DNA of 64,000 nt from Erysipelotrichaceae bacterium (GTDB lineage: Bacteria > Bacillota_I > Bacilli_A > RFN20 > CAG-826). The DNA lies in the NCBI GenBank assembly GCA_022777645.1, contig JALFFX010000055.1:2705-66704 (forward strand), read 5' to 3'. Position numbers and translations under genes: made by a program. Position 1 is the stretch's first letter, and each line of letters opens with the position of its first letter. The notes under the pieces were generated by a model. That model searched no databases. It saw only the letters and a list, made by a program, of their open reading frames with translations, and was not told the DNA's origin. Shown piece after piece: positions 18,979 to 28,201 of the stretch.

Positions 18979-19572
18979 ATGTCAGAAATTAAAGATGTTG
19001 ATATTCAAAATATCGCTAGTAGTTTAGATGCATTACTTGGCGCATCTAACTTATCAAAAGTCACTGCTGATGGAGCAGGGTTTGAAGATTTACCAGCAGG
19101 TTTCTACCTTACTGAAGTTGCAATGACAAACTTAAAACTTAATAAAAATGGTGACCCAATGGTGTCATTCCAACAAAAAATCGTAGATAATGGCTGGAAA
19201 TATGACGAAGAAGCTGACAATTATGTTAGAGTTCCAGGCTCAAAAGGTAGAGTCATTTTCAAAAACTGGAATTTCGTCACAGAACAAGATGTCAAACGAT
19301 TTGTTTCAGATATGCTAAAGTTTGAAAATCCTGAAAAACCAGGTGAACCATTACTTGAAATGTTAAAAGAAAATCCATCTGATGATATTATGGATTTCTT
19401 CAAAAATACTACTGCATTACTTGAAGTCATTAAGTTCTTAGCAGATTTCAAATGTAGAATATATGTTCAAGTATCTGAATATACTAAAAATGGTGAAAAA
19501 AGAACATCTCAAAATCTTGTTAAATGGGCTGCAATTGAAGAAATTAGCCAACAATTTGGAATTGCAATGTAA
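18979..19572 (+). CDS. hypothetical protein (possible ssDNA-binding protein by position)
   Basis: 197-aa ORF between the Sak4-like ATPase and PrimPol; no motif recognised. Confidence 0.5.
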   Translation: MSEIKDVDIQNIASSLDALLGASNLSKVTADGAGFEDLPAGFYLTEVAMTNLKLNKNGDPMVSFQQKIVDNGWKYDEEADNYVRVPGSKGRVIFKNWNFVTEQDVKRFVSDMLKFENPEKPGEPLLEMLKENPSDDIMDFFKNTTALLEVIKFLADFKCRIYVQVSEYTKNGEKRTSQNLVKWAAIEEISQQFGIAM

Positions 19573-19578
19573 TCATTT

Positions 19579-20472
19579 ATGAGCGCGATAGATAGTTTAG
19601 AAAATATCGTAAATAATAAACATCTAACAGAGTTCCCATTCAAATATTGTTTAGCAAACAAGTTTAAAATACCATATACTGTCAAGGGCTCATTAGCCCG
19701 CCCAAATGAGTCAGGAGACTTCGTCAGTTTAGATGAATTAATAAACTGTGAGTCTCTTGACAAATATGAGGCAATAGGTATATCAATTCAGGCTTCAAAG
19801 ATTTGTGCACTAGATATTGATAAATGTTTCAGTAAACCATTTGATATAAGTACAGGTGATGATAGAGCAAAAGATATTATTCAAATGTTTAAAAATATTG
19901 CTTATATTGAATTCAGTTTTAGTGGTAGAGGATTAAGAATATTATTTATTGGAAATGATATAGTAAATTACTCAGACATATATTATATTAAAAATACAAA
20001 AACAGGATGTGAGTATTATCAACCATCAAATCCTGCAAGATATGTGACATTGACTGGTAGAACAATTTATGATAATTCATTATATTTAATGAAAGACATG
20101 ACTGTGTTATATCAATTTTTAAATAAATATATGTTAAAACCAGTTAAAACTGAACATAAAATAGTTAATAAAAATGATGAAAAATCATTGGAAAAATTAA
20201 TGAAAATGGTTCGAAAACATTATAGTTTAAATCATACATTCCAAGAATTATGGTTCAATAAAGAACATTATTTAGTAAACAATTTATCACAAGAGTCAGA
20301 TACAGATTTCAAATTATTATCTTATTTATATAGTCATATAACACAAGATGAATTGCTGCTAAGATTAGTATTTGAAGAAAGTCCTTATTTCAAAACAAAG
20401 GACCAAAAACATATGAAAAAGTGGACTGCTAGTGATTATAGATATTATAAATTTATGTATCAACACTTATAA
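19579..20472 (+). CDS. archaeo-eukaryotic primase (AEP) PrimPol-like protein
   Basis: ICALDIDK (DxD motif I) and SGRGLRILF (sGxGxH-like motif II). Confidence 0.45.
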   Translation: MSAIDSLENIVNNKHLTEFPFKYCLANKFKIPYTVKGSLARPNESGDFVSLDELINCESLDKYEAIGISIQASKICALDIDKCFSKPFDISTGDDRAKDIIQMFKNIAYIEFSFSGRGLRILFIGNDIVNYSDIYYIKNTKTGCEYYQPSNPARYVTLTGRTIYDNSLYLMKDMTVLYQFLNKYMLKPVKTEHKIVNKNDEKSLEKLMKMVRKHYSLNHTFQELWFNKEHYLVNNLSQESDTDFKLLSYLYSHITQDELLLRLVFEESPYFKTKDQKHMKKWTASDYRYYKFMYQHL

Positions 20473-20490
20473 TAAAATGGAGAGATAATT

Positions 20491-20973
20491 ATGTGCGACG
20501 AAGATTTAGATTTAATTAATGATGAGTCTCATTTAGAAGACTTAGAAAATGAAAGATATAATCGACCATCTTGGCAACAAACATTTATTGATGTCGCCAA
20601 AGTTGTTTCAAAACGCAGCAAAGACCCTCATACAAAAGTAGGTTGTGTTCTTGTTAAAAATAATTGTATTGTTGCAACAGGTTATAATGGTGACCCAAGA
20701 GAATTCAGATATGAGTTTAATTGGAATACTGAAGAAAAATATAATTATGTTGTTCATGCAGAAATGAACACAATCGCAAATGCTGTATATAATGGAGCAG
20801 GAAATAATATTAAAGATGGTGAAGTCTATTTGACATTATCACCTTGTAGTAAATGCATTTTATTGCTCATTCAATTCGGCATTAAAAAAGTTTATTATCT
20901 TGAAGAATATAAAGATTTTGAACTTACAAAGAAAATTGCAGATAATGCAAACATTCGATTAATAAAAATATAG
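20491..20973 (+). CDS. dCMP deaminase
   Basis: zinc-binding signature HAE (VVHAEMNTI) and PCxxC (SPCSKC). Confidence 0.8.
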   Translation: MCDEDLDLINDESHLEDLENERYNRPSWQQTFIDVAKVVSKRSKDPHTKVGCVLVKNNCIVATGYNGDPREFRYEFNWNTEEKYNYVVHAEMNTIANAVYNGAGNNIKDGEVYLTLSPCSKCILLLIQFGIKKVYYLEEYKDFELTKKIADNANIRLIKI

Positions 20974-20984
20974 GAGAGATAATT

Positions 20985-21719
20985 ATGAGAATATTTGAAG
21001 GAAACACTATTGCTGAAGTATATGGTGATGCTGTAAAAAGTCTTTTAACTGCTGATGTAGTTGGAAGTACTAGAGAAATTAACAACTGTGTTCTTATAGT
21101 TCACAATCCAACATTAGAAAACATTTCATTTCCATATCGTAAACCTTTATCATTAAAATATTCAAATGCAGAATTAAGATGGTATTATTCAGCTGATAAT
21201 TCTTGTCACACAATTGGTCAACATGCTAAAATGTGGTTATCATTATCAGATGATGGTGAAACAAACAATTCTGCATATGGTTATATTTTATTTAAGAAAT
21301 ATGGATTTAATCAATTAGAACAAATTATTGAATTATTGAAGAAAGATACAACTACTCGTAGAGCTGTATTGAATATATCAGACCCATCAATTAATCGTAT
21401 TACTACAAAAGATATGCAATGCACAATTGCTCTTGATTTCTTAATTCGTAATGGTGAATTAGAAGAAACAGTTGTGATGCGTTCAAATGATGTGTTTTTC
21501 GGTTTTCCATATGATTATATATTCTTCGTTAGTTTAGGACAATATATTGCTAAAAGATTAGGACTTAAATTAGGTTTATATACACATCATGCAATATCAT
21601 TTCATATGTATTTAAGAGATGTTGATAATTTTAATTACCAAAATTCAACAACATTTACAATTGACGCAGAATCTATTATTAAGGAGTGTTATGAATATGA
21701 AAAGAATAACACCAATTAA
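20985..21719 (+). CDS. thymidylate synthase (ThyA)-family pyrimidine-nucleotide C5-transferase, divergent (candidate dCMP hydroxymethylase/methylase)
   Basis: aligns by eye to ThyA core: MQC (PCH, catalytic Cys retained), MRSNDVFFGFPYDY (QRSCDVFLGLPFNI, Asp at the N177-equivalent position), ISFHMY (GDTHLY). Confidence 0.6.
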   Translation: MRIFEGNTIAEVYGDAVKSLLTADVVGSTREINNCVLIVHNPTLENISFPYRKPLSLKYSNAELRWYYSADNSCHTIGQHAKMWLSLSDDGETNNSAYGYILFKKYGFNQLEQIIELLKKDTTTRRAVLNISDPSINRITTKDMQCTIALDFLIRNGELEETVVMRSNDVFFGFPYDYIFFVSLGQYIAKRLGLKLGLYTHHAISFHMYLRDVDNFNYQNSTTFTIDAESIIKECYEYEKNNTN

Positions 21720-21963
21720 AGTTAGATATTTAGCAAATGAAATTCATGATTTATTCAATATTTGTTTAGATAATGCATTAGCATTATTAAATGATGATGA
21801 ATTAGGAAGATGTTTTGATGATAATAATGAAATTGATATGAATTATATTGAAGTAAAAGTTATCAATCCAAATGCTACATTAAAGATATTATATGATGCA
21901 GCAACATTATTAGATAAAATGTCAAGTATTTATGATAAGGAGAGAACAGTAAATGAAAATTAA
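21691..21963 (+). CDS. hypothetical protein
   Basis: start reassigned to ATG 21691/21697 after AAGGAG; overlaps the end of the ThyA-like gene. Confidence 0.4.
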   Translation: MNMKRITPIKVRYLANEIHDLFNICLDNALALLNDDELGRCFDDNNEIDMNYIEVKVINPNATLKILYDAATLLDKMSSIYDKERTVNEN

Positions 21964-22366
21964 ATTATTTGATAAAAATGTAAAAATACCTACTAAGTCA
22001 CATTCTACTGACTGCGGATTAGATTTATATTTACCAGAAGGTTTTATCATTAAACCATTAGAAACTATATGTCTTGGACTTGGTATTGGTTTCTCAGTTC
22101 CAGAAGGAGCTGCAGGAATATTTGTTCCAAGAAGTAGTATTGCTAAAAAAGGTTTAGTAATTACACCTGCAATTACTGACTGTGGCTATAGTGGAGAAAC
22201 ACATTTGATTTTGACAAATTGTTCAAATAATACTTATACATTTAACAAAGATGATAGAGTTTGCTCATTTGTTTGTTTCAATATCATAAATCCACTTATC
22301 GAAATAGTTGATGAATTACCATCAAGTGAACGTGGTGACAAAGGTTTAGGTTCAACTGGTAATTAA
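21953..22366 (+). CDS. dut: dUTPase (trimeric dUTP diphosphatase family)
   Basis: all five dUTPase motifs are present: DCGLDL, PRSS, ITDCGYSGE, DRVCSF, ERGDKGLGSTG. Confidence 0.8.
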   Translation: MKIKLFDKNVKIPTKSHSTDCGLDLYLPEGFIIKPLETICLGLGIGFSVPEGAAGIFVPRSSIAKKGLVITPAITDCGYSGETHLILTNCSNNTYTFNKDDRVCSFVCFNIINPLIEIVDELPSSERGDKGLGSTGN

Positions 22367-22368
22367 TT

Positions 22369-24186
22369 ATGAAAATAATTATTTGGGATTTTGAAGTATT
22401 TAAACATGATGTCTTATTAGGGACAATTATTGTTGACGGACAAAATCAAACTGTTTATCAAACATGGGATGAAGATGAAATTAGAGCATTCTATCAAGAA
22501 CATAAAAATGACATTTTTGTTGGACATAATTCTACATATTATGATGACCTTATATTAGAAGCAATTGTTCAGCATAAAAGTGCTTATGAAAAATCACAAC
22601 AAATAATTAATGGTGGAATTAGACGTAAAGCAAAATTTCATTTATACTCATATGATTTAATGTCAGTAAGTAGAACACCATTTAGTTTAAAATTAACTGA
22701 ATTGATTTGTGGTAAAAACATTCATACAACAGACGTTGATTTTAATTTAGATAGACAATTAACTGATGAAGAAAAAAAGTTGACTGAAAGTTATAATTTA
22801 GATGATTTAAAACAAACATTATATAACTTCAATATGTTCTTCAATCAGTTTAAATTAAGAATGCAAATTATTCAAAAATATAATTTAGATTTAATGCATA
22901 ATTTGAGAGTCACAGGAACACAATTGGCAGCTAATGTTTTAGGCGCACACAATGACCCTTCATTAAAACATAAACCAATTCCTGCTGAAATATATCCGAC
23001 ATTAAGATTAGAAAATAAACGTCTTCGTGAATTTTATTTAAATGAAGAGTTTAGACAAGGTAAATCTGATATAATTAATGTCGCTGGAGCAGAATTGACA
23101 ATTGCTGCTGGTGGAATTCATTCAGCAATTAAAAAATTTCATGCACCAAAGATATTTTATGCAGATGTATCTGGCTATTATAATCTTGTTATGATGAACC
23201 TTGATTTATTACCAAGAACAATGCCGACTGAATCAAAAGAAGCATATGAGTTTATGTATCATGAACAATTACGTTTAAAGAAACATCCGGAACTTGCTGA
23301 TGAACGTTCAATGTATAAGACAATTTTGTTGTCAGTATTTGGAGCAATGAATAATGAATATACAGATTTCTATGACCCTTGGAAAGCATTATTAGTTACT
23401 ATCAGCGGACAATTATTCTTAGTTGATTTATTAGAAAAAATGGAAGGACTTGTCACAGTTGTGCAAGCAAATACAGATGGTTTAATGCTAATACCAAATG
23501 ACTGGAATGATGAACCAAAACTTATTAAAATAATTGAAGAATGGGAAGCACGTACAGGATTTGTTATTAAAAAGGAACATGTGTATAATTTATGGCAAAG
23601 AGATGTTAACTGTTATATTTGTCAAGATGAAAAAGGTGGAGTAATTTTTAAAGGTGATACATTCAGAAATTATGTTGTTGATGATGTTCAATATGCATCT
23701 TGTCGATTATTTGATTGTAAAGAACCACCAATTATTGCACAAGGAGTAGGAGATTATTTGTTATATGGTAAATTACCAGAAGATACAGTAAAAGAAAAAG
23801 CTCAAAACTTAATTTTATTCCAATATGCATGTAAAAAATTAAGTTATAATTATATGACTGAAGATAAGATATTGTTATATAAAACAGAAAGAGGTAAAAT
23901 AAAAGAAGAGTTAATTTCATCTAAAGTAGTCAAACCATTAAATCGTGTATTTGCTGCTAAACCAGAATATGTTGAAGGTTTGCCAATAATCACAATTCTT
24001 ACAAAACATAAAGATGCTAATGGTAAACATAGTACATCGAAAGTCGCAAACTTACCTGACTCAGTATTTATCTATAATGAAGATATAACAAATGCTTATG
24101 ATAAATTAAAAGATAAAATAAATTGGCAATATTATATTGACCGTATTTACGAAAAAATATTAGATTTCATGCCGGAAGGAGATTAA
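22369..24186 (+). CDS. family-B DNA polymerase, compact phi29-like type (605 aa)
   Basis: ExoI DFE, ExoII HNSTYYDD (HNxxFD-like), motif A YADVSGYYN, motif B KTILLSVFG, motif C ANTDGLML. Confidence 0.55.
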   Translation: MKIIIWDFEVFKHDVLLGTIIVDGQNQTVYQTWDEDEIRAFYQEHKNDIFVGHNSTYYDDLILEAIVQHKSAYEKSQQIINGGIRRKAKFHLYSYDLMSVSRTPFSLKLTELICGKNIHTTDVDFNLDRQLTDEEKKLTESYNLDDLKQTLYNFNMFFNQFKLRMQIIQKYNLDLMHNLRVTGTQLAANVLGAHNDPSLKHKPIPAEIYPTLRLENKRLREFYLNEEFRQGKSDIINVAGAELTIAAGGIHSAIKKFHAPKIFYADVSGYYNLVMMNLDLLPRTMPTESKEAYEFMYHEQLRLKKHPELADERSMYKTILLSVFGAMNNEYTDFYDPWKALLVTISGQLFLVDLLEKMEGLVTVVQANTDGLMLIPNDWNDEPKLIKIIEEWEARTGFVIKKEHVYNLWQRDVNCYICQDEKGGVIFKGDTFRNYVVDDVQYASCRLFDCKEPPIIAQGVGDYLLYGKLPEDTVKEKAQNLILFQYACKKLSYNYMTEDKILLYKTERGKIKEELISSKVVKPLNRVFAAKPEYVEGLPIITILTKHKDANGKHSTSKVANLPDSVFIYNEDITNAYDKLKDKINWQYYIDRIYEKILDFMPEGD

Positions 24187-24189
24187 TTT

Positions 24190-24585
24190 ATGGAAAAGAA
24201 ATCAAAAACTTATTTACTTTACGAACTTAGAGATGGACTCAAAGATGGTAGAGAAAAAAATCAAGAACTACTTGCTATCGAAGATGATTTTATTGAAACA
24301 GTTAAAGCAACTGGTAAATTCGATAAATTTGCATTCATGTTTGATAATTGGCTAGTAGAAAAACAAAGACTTGAAGAAAGTATTAATAGAGTTCCAAAAC
24401 GTATTGCTGCTTGTAATAAGTTAATTGAAATGCTTGAAAAGAACAACAGCAAGACACCAATGGTTGAGATGATTTTTAACTTAGTAATTGATGCTCTTGG
24501 AATTGCTGAAACAGAAGAAGAAACTCAAGAAGAACAAACAGCTGAAATTGAACTTGAACTTCCAAAGTTTGAAGAAAACAACTAA
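24190..24585 (+). CDS. hypothetical acidic protein
   Basis: GGAAGGAGATTAATTT-ATG. Confidence 0.55.
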   Translation: MEKKSKTYLLYELRDGLKDGREKNQELLAIEDDFIETVKATGKFDKFAFMFDNWLVEKQRLEESINRVPKRIAACNKLIEMLEKNNSKTPMVEMIFNLVIDALGIAETEEETQEEQTAEIELELPKFEENN

Positions 24586-24596
24586 TTAATAATAAT

Positions 24597-24630
24597 AAAA
24601 CTCACAATTGATTATATTGTGAGTTTTTAT
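24597..24630. terminator. bidirectional rho-independent terminator at the convergence of + and - transcription
   Basis: AAAA-CTCACAAT-loop-ATTGTGAG-TTTTT. Confidence 0.65.
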
Positions 24631-24664
24631 TATGCGATAATTTTGACATCATCTTTATTTCAAA

Positions 24665-26743
24665 TTATAAATCACCATAATAATTTATTGCAGTTCTTAA
24701 ACAAGATACAAAACCATCATCAATAGTTTTTATTTTACCAATTTGTTTTTCATCATAACGGACATTTTCAATGTCAGCGATTGTTTGCTTACAATGTTGA
24801 TTTATTACAACATATTGTGAGCCAAATGCTTTATTTAATAACATTGTTGACTCTTCATAACTATCTGGAGTATAACGTTCAATAATAATATCATTATCAG
24901 CATCATACATTCCTGTCATACTCTCAATTTTACTTGAGTCAATATATACATTCTTATCAGGTGTAAATTCTTTCATCATCTTTAAAGCATCTTTAATATT
25001 GGCTCTAAATTTAGTCTCACGAATAACTTGAATTTGCGGATAAAGACCATATTTAACACCAATGTCTAAAACTTTCCAAGTATCACCTGTTCTAGCAAAG
25101 AAAGTTGTACTATAATCATAATCTAATTTATCTTCAGTAACAATATTAAGGTCTGTGAATGCTTTACCATAAGCAGCATATTTTTGTCCTTGGAAAACAT
25201 ATAATATAAGCATAGTAAATGCATCGACAATATCATCATGTTGAACAAATGGAAAAGCAATTAGACGTTGCTTAAGATTTTGCATGTTTTCTGTAAGAAT
25301 ATATTTATTTTGAGTTGCGTCCCATTTAGTTCTAACAAATACAACATTACCTGACTGTACATAATCTGATGCATATTGCATACGCTCAGACTTGTCCATA
25401 TTACCTGGGTTCCAAGCTCTCATACCTGGAACATCATCTTGTAATTCTGTCATTAATGGTGACCCATTTGCTTTATCTTCAATTATATTTATTATTCCTT
25501 CATAAACATTTTCTAGTGACATCAAATATTGCTTAGAACGTGTAAAATTTTGTTTTGCTTCTAAACAATCGACAATATAAATTGTTTTATTAATCTTATA
25601 TGCAAGTAAAGAACCCAAAAAGTCATTTTTTGATTTGTCTTTGACAGGGAAATCATGAGAACCATATATTACTGTTGCAACATTTTCATCAATTCGATTA
25701 TTATGTGTGTCCCACCCTGGAACATTAATACAATCTTCTTCTTTTATCATATCTTCCTTGATAATAGTTTGGTCAGATGCAATTGGATTTTGTAAATATT
25801 GTGTTTCCCATACTGTTGGTCCAACAAGTGCTTTGATACGAGAATAATCACCAAAACGTTCAGGCCATAAATAATCATCTTGTTTATATTCAATAATATC
25901 ACCTGATATAGGACATATTAAATAAGTGTGCTTTTTAAATTGTGCAGGTAAAACAACAAATATAAATTGTGATGCTAACACTTCATCATTTTTAATACGT
26001 CCAGTGACATCGTTTGGAGCCAATCTTTGTTGAATATTGAGAATAATATATTTATCAGGATTATTAACACGAGAAGGCAATGTATTACGGAAGAACGACC
26101 AAGCATTATTCATTTCTTCTTTATCTTTTCTTGCTGCTTCAGCATTTGTCAAGTCGTCACATATAAGAATATCTGCGCCATAACCTGTCATAGCATCTCT
26201 GTTCATAGAATATAATTCTGCAGCACGATTGTCAACAAGTTTAAATGCTGAGTTTGTGACCAATTGTATGTCAGGGAAAAAGAATTTAAAACGCTCACTG
26301 TTTAATACACGTTGACGAGCAATATTCATTTCACCTGCTAAACCTTGAGTGTGAGATATTGATGCTAACTTGATAGGGTCATTTAGCCACATCCATACAC
26401 CACCGAGAACATTAAATGTTTTTGATTTTGTATGACGAGGAGGTAAGTTGATATTACCATTTTGTTTATTTTGACGAACATCAATTATTTCTATATCATC
26501 CCATGTTTCATCGCCGACTGGCTCAGGCAAAATGATTTCTTTTTCAGGTCCATCATAACCTAACCAAGGTCGACAAAGATATTGAAAAAATTCACAGTAA
26601 AATTGAATTATCTTACCATCAATAAATGGAGCAGGGTCAGCTTCACACCAAAAATCTTTTACAAATGAATAAAAGTCTTTTTGATAGAGTTGACGATATA
26701 GAATTTTTTGAGTTTGCGATAGTGTTTTGTAATTATATAACAT
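24665..26743 (-). CDS. terL: terminase large subunit
   Basis: N-terminal ATPase with P-loop-like LPPRHTKSKT and Walker B ILICDDL, plus a C-terminal nuclease-sized domain; 692 aa. Confidence 0.65.
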   Translation of the reverse strand: MLYNYKTLSQTQKILYRQLYQKDFYSFVKDFWCEADPAPFIDGKIIQFYCEFFQYLCRPWLGYDGPEKEIILPEPVGDETWDDIEIIDVRQNKQNGNINLPPRHTKSKTFNVLGGVWMWLNDPIKLASISHTQGLAGEMNIARQRVLNSERFKFFFPDIQLVTNSAFKLVDNRAAELYSMNRDAMTGYGADILICDDLTNAEAARKDKEEMNNAWSFFRNTLPSRVNNPDKYIILNIQQRLAPNDVTGRIKNDEVLASQFIFVVLPAQFKKHTYLICPISGDIIEYKQDDYLWPERFGDYSRIKALVGPTVWETQYLQNPIASDQTIIKEDMIKEEDCINVPGWDTHNNRIDENVATVIYGSHDFPVKDKSKNDFLGSLLAYKINKTIYIVDCLEAKQNFTRSKQYLMSLENVYEGIINIIEDKANGSPLMTELQDDVPGMRAWNPGNMDKSERMQYASDYVQSGNVVFVRTKWDATQNKYILTENMQNLKQRLIAFPFVQHDDIVDAFTMLILYVFQGQKYAAYGKAFTDLNIVTEDKLDYDYSTTFFARTGDTWKVLDIGVKYGLYPQIQVIRETKFRANIKDALKMMKEFTPDKNVYIDSSKIESMTGMYDADNDIIIERYTPDSYEESTMLLNKAFGSQYVVINQHCKQTIADIENVRYDEKQIGKIKTIDDGFVSCLRTAINYYGDL

Positions 26744-26879
26744 TTATCTCTCCAATATTTTATTATATCAAAAATTAACTATAAATTAAATATATCATCA
26801 GTTATTTCTGATATTAAAATAAGGCATTTTTAGATGCAGAACTATTCAGCTAGTTATATCTAACATTATTACAGACTGT

Positions 26880-26960
26880 TAATATTTCATTAGAAGATTT
26901 TAATAAATTAAAAGTGTATAAATGTAATTATACACAATTATTAAGTTTAAATATCATTGA
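26880..26960. promoter_or_regulatory. inverted repeat GTGTATAAATGTAATTATACAC upstream of terL
   Basis: 8-bp arms, located in the 290-bp leader of terL. Confidence 0.3.
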
Positions 26961-27029
26961 GCAGATAGTGTAGTTTATGATAAACATTTTTGAAGTCGTC
27001 AGGTGTGACATATACCTTTTCTGGCTTAA

Positions 27030-27242
27030 TCATGACGCATCGCTCCTTTCGTTATCGTGTTCTTTGATTTCTATTTTATGATTAGTTTCTTCAAACTCAT
27101 CTTGATTTCTTGAATAAGGAATAATCGCTTCTTCGTATTCAACCCCCGTTGCGATTTCTCTTACATAAAAGTTGCTATCGCTATAAATCTTTTTAAGTGT
27201 TTTTCCATCAAGTTCATTGATAAAAGTTTCACATACTAACAT
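27030..27242 (-). CDS. hypothetical protein
   Basis: 70-aa ORF. Confidence 0.4.
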   Translation of the reverse strand: MLVCETFINELDGKTLKKIYSDSNFYVREIATGVEYEEAIIPYSRNQDEFEETNHKIEIKEHDNERSDAS

Positions 27243-27246
27243 ATAA

Positions 27247-28200
27247 CTATTCTCCTAATTCACTTAAACCTTTAATCTTACTTGCATAAGTCGACCAGTT
27301 TGTGGCTGTTTTATAACTTTCTACTAAATTATCAGGTACATAGATAAACCCTTCAGTGGTACTTGTCTTGATTGGCGTATAGCTAAAGACATTTGAACTT
27401 CCCAACGTTGCAACTTCATTTGCTCTTAAAATCAAGGTTGTTAATTTTTCACAATAATAAAATACTTCACTTCCTCCAACACGTTTTGCTTTTGGCAAAT
27501 CAACAGTTTTTAAATTTAAGCATTTATTAAAAGCCCAACCACCGATTTGCGTTACTTCTGGAAAAACTACTGTTGTTAATTTTTCATCCCCATCAAATGT
27601 ATTGTTTCCAATAGTTTTTAATTGTGGGAGATTTATTGTTACCAAATGTCTGCAATAACGAAATTCACTATTAGAGGTTGAAGTTAATAACGGAAAATCT
27701 ATTGTAGTCATTTGTCCTGCATTAAATGCATAGCCGCCAACTTTGGTTGCTTTGGGGAAAATAGCTTTTTCCCCTCTATAGCCATTAAATGCATAACTCT
27801 CAATTGTAGTCACTTCTGGAAAATTATATGATGTTAATTTATAACAATTAGAAAAGGCCCAATCACCAATAGTTGTAATATTGGTTGGAGAAAAATTTGC
27901 GATTGCTAAATTTTCACATTGATAGAAAGCATAAATAGGAATAGTAGAAATATTTGGAAGATTAACGGTTGTTAAGTTATTACATCGATAGAATGAATAA
28001 GGTCTAATACTTGCCACATTACTTGTTATTTCGGTTATGCTTCCGTCAATAAGTGCGTCAATATTGCCACCACCTATTTCAATACTGTCTATTTCGTTTG
28101 CCATATTTATTGGCTGTATCGTTCCGGTTGTGCCTTTTTTAGAACGGATAGAATTAGCAATATCACTAAATACTGCGTTTAGATTTATTTCGCTTGCCAT
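27247..28200 (-). CDS. leucine-rich-repeat protein (BspA/TpLRR-like); tail/receptor-binding associated
   Basis: ~10 tandem ~23-aa units of the form TTIxxYAFxxCxxLxxVxFP; stop/start abuts the fibre gene. Confidence 0.6.
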   Translation of the reverse strand: MASEINLNAVFSDIANSIRSKKGTTGTIQPINMANEIDSIEIGGGNIDALIDGSITEITSNVASIRPYSFYRCNNLTTVNLPNISTIPIYAFYQCENLAIANFSPTNITTIGDWAFSNCYKLTSYNFPEVTTIESYAFNGYRGEKAIFPKATKVGGYAFNAGQMTTIDFPLLTSTSNSEFRYCRHLVTINLPQLKTIGNNTFDGDEKLTTVVFPEVTQIGGWAFNKCLNLKTVDLPKAKRVGGSEVFYYCEKLTTLILRANEVATLGSSNVFSYTPIKTSTTEGFIYVPDNLVESYKTATNWSTYASKIKGLSELGE

Positions 28201-28201
28201 A

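Noticed and set aside
23732-23920. 62-aa minus-strand ORF
   Set aside because: Antisense inside the DNA polymerase gene; Leu/Phe/Tyr-rich AT-frame artefact.
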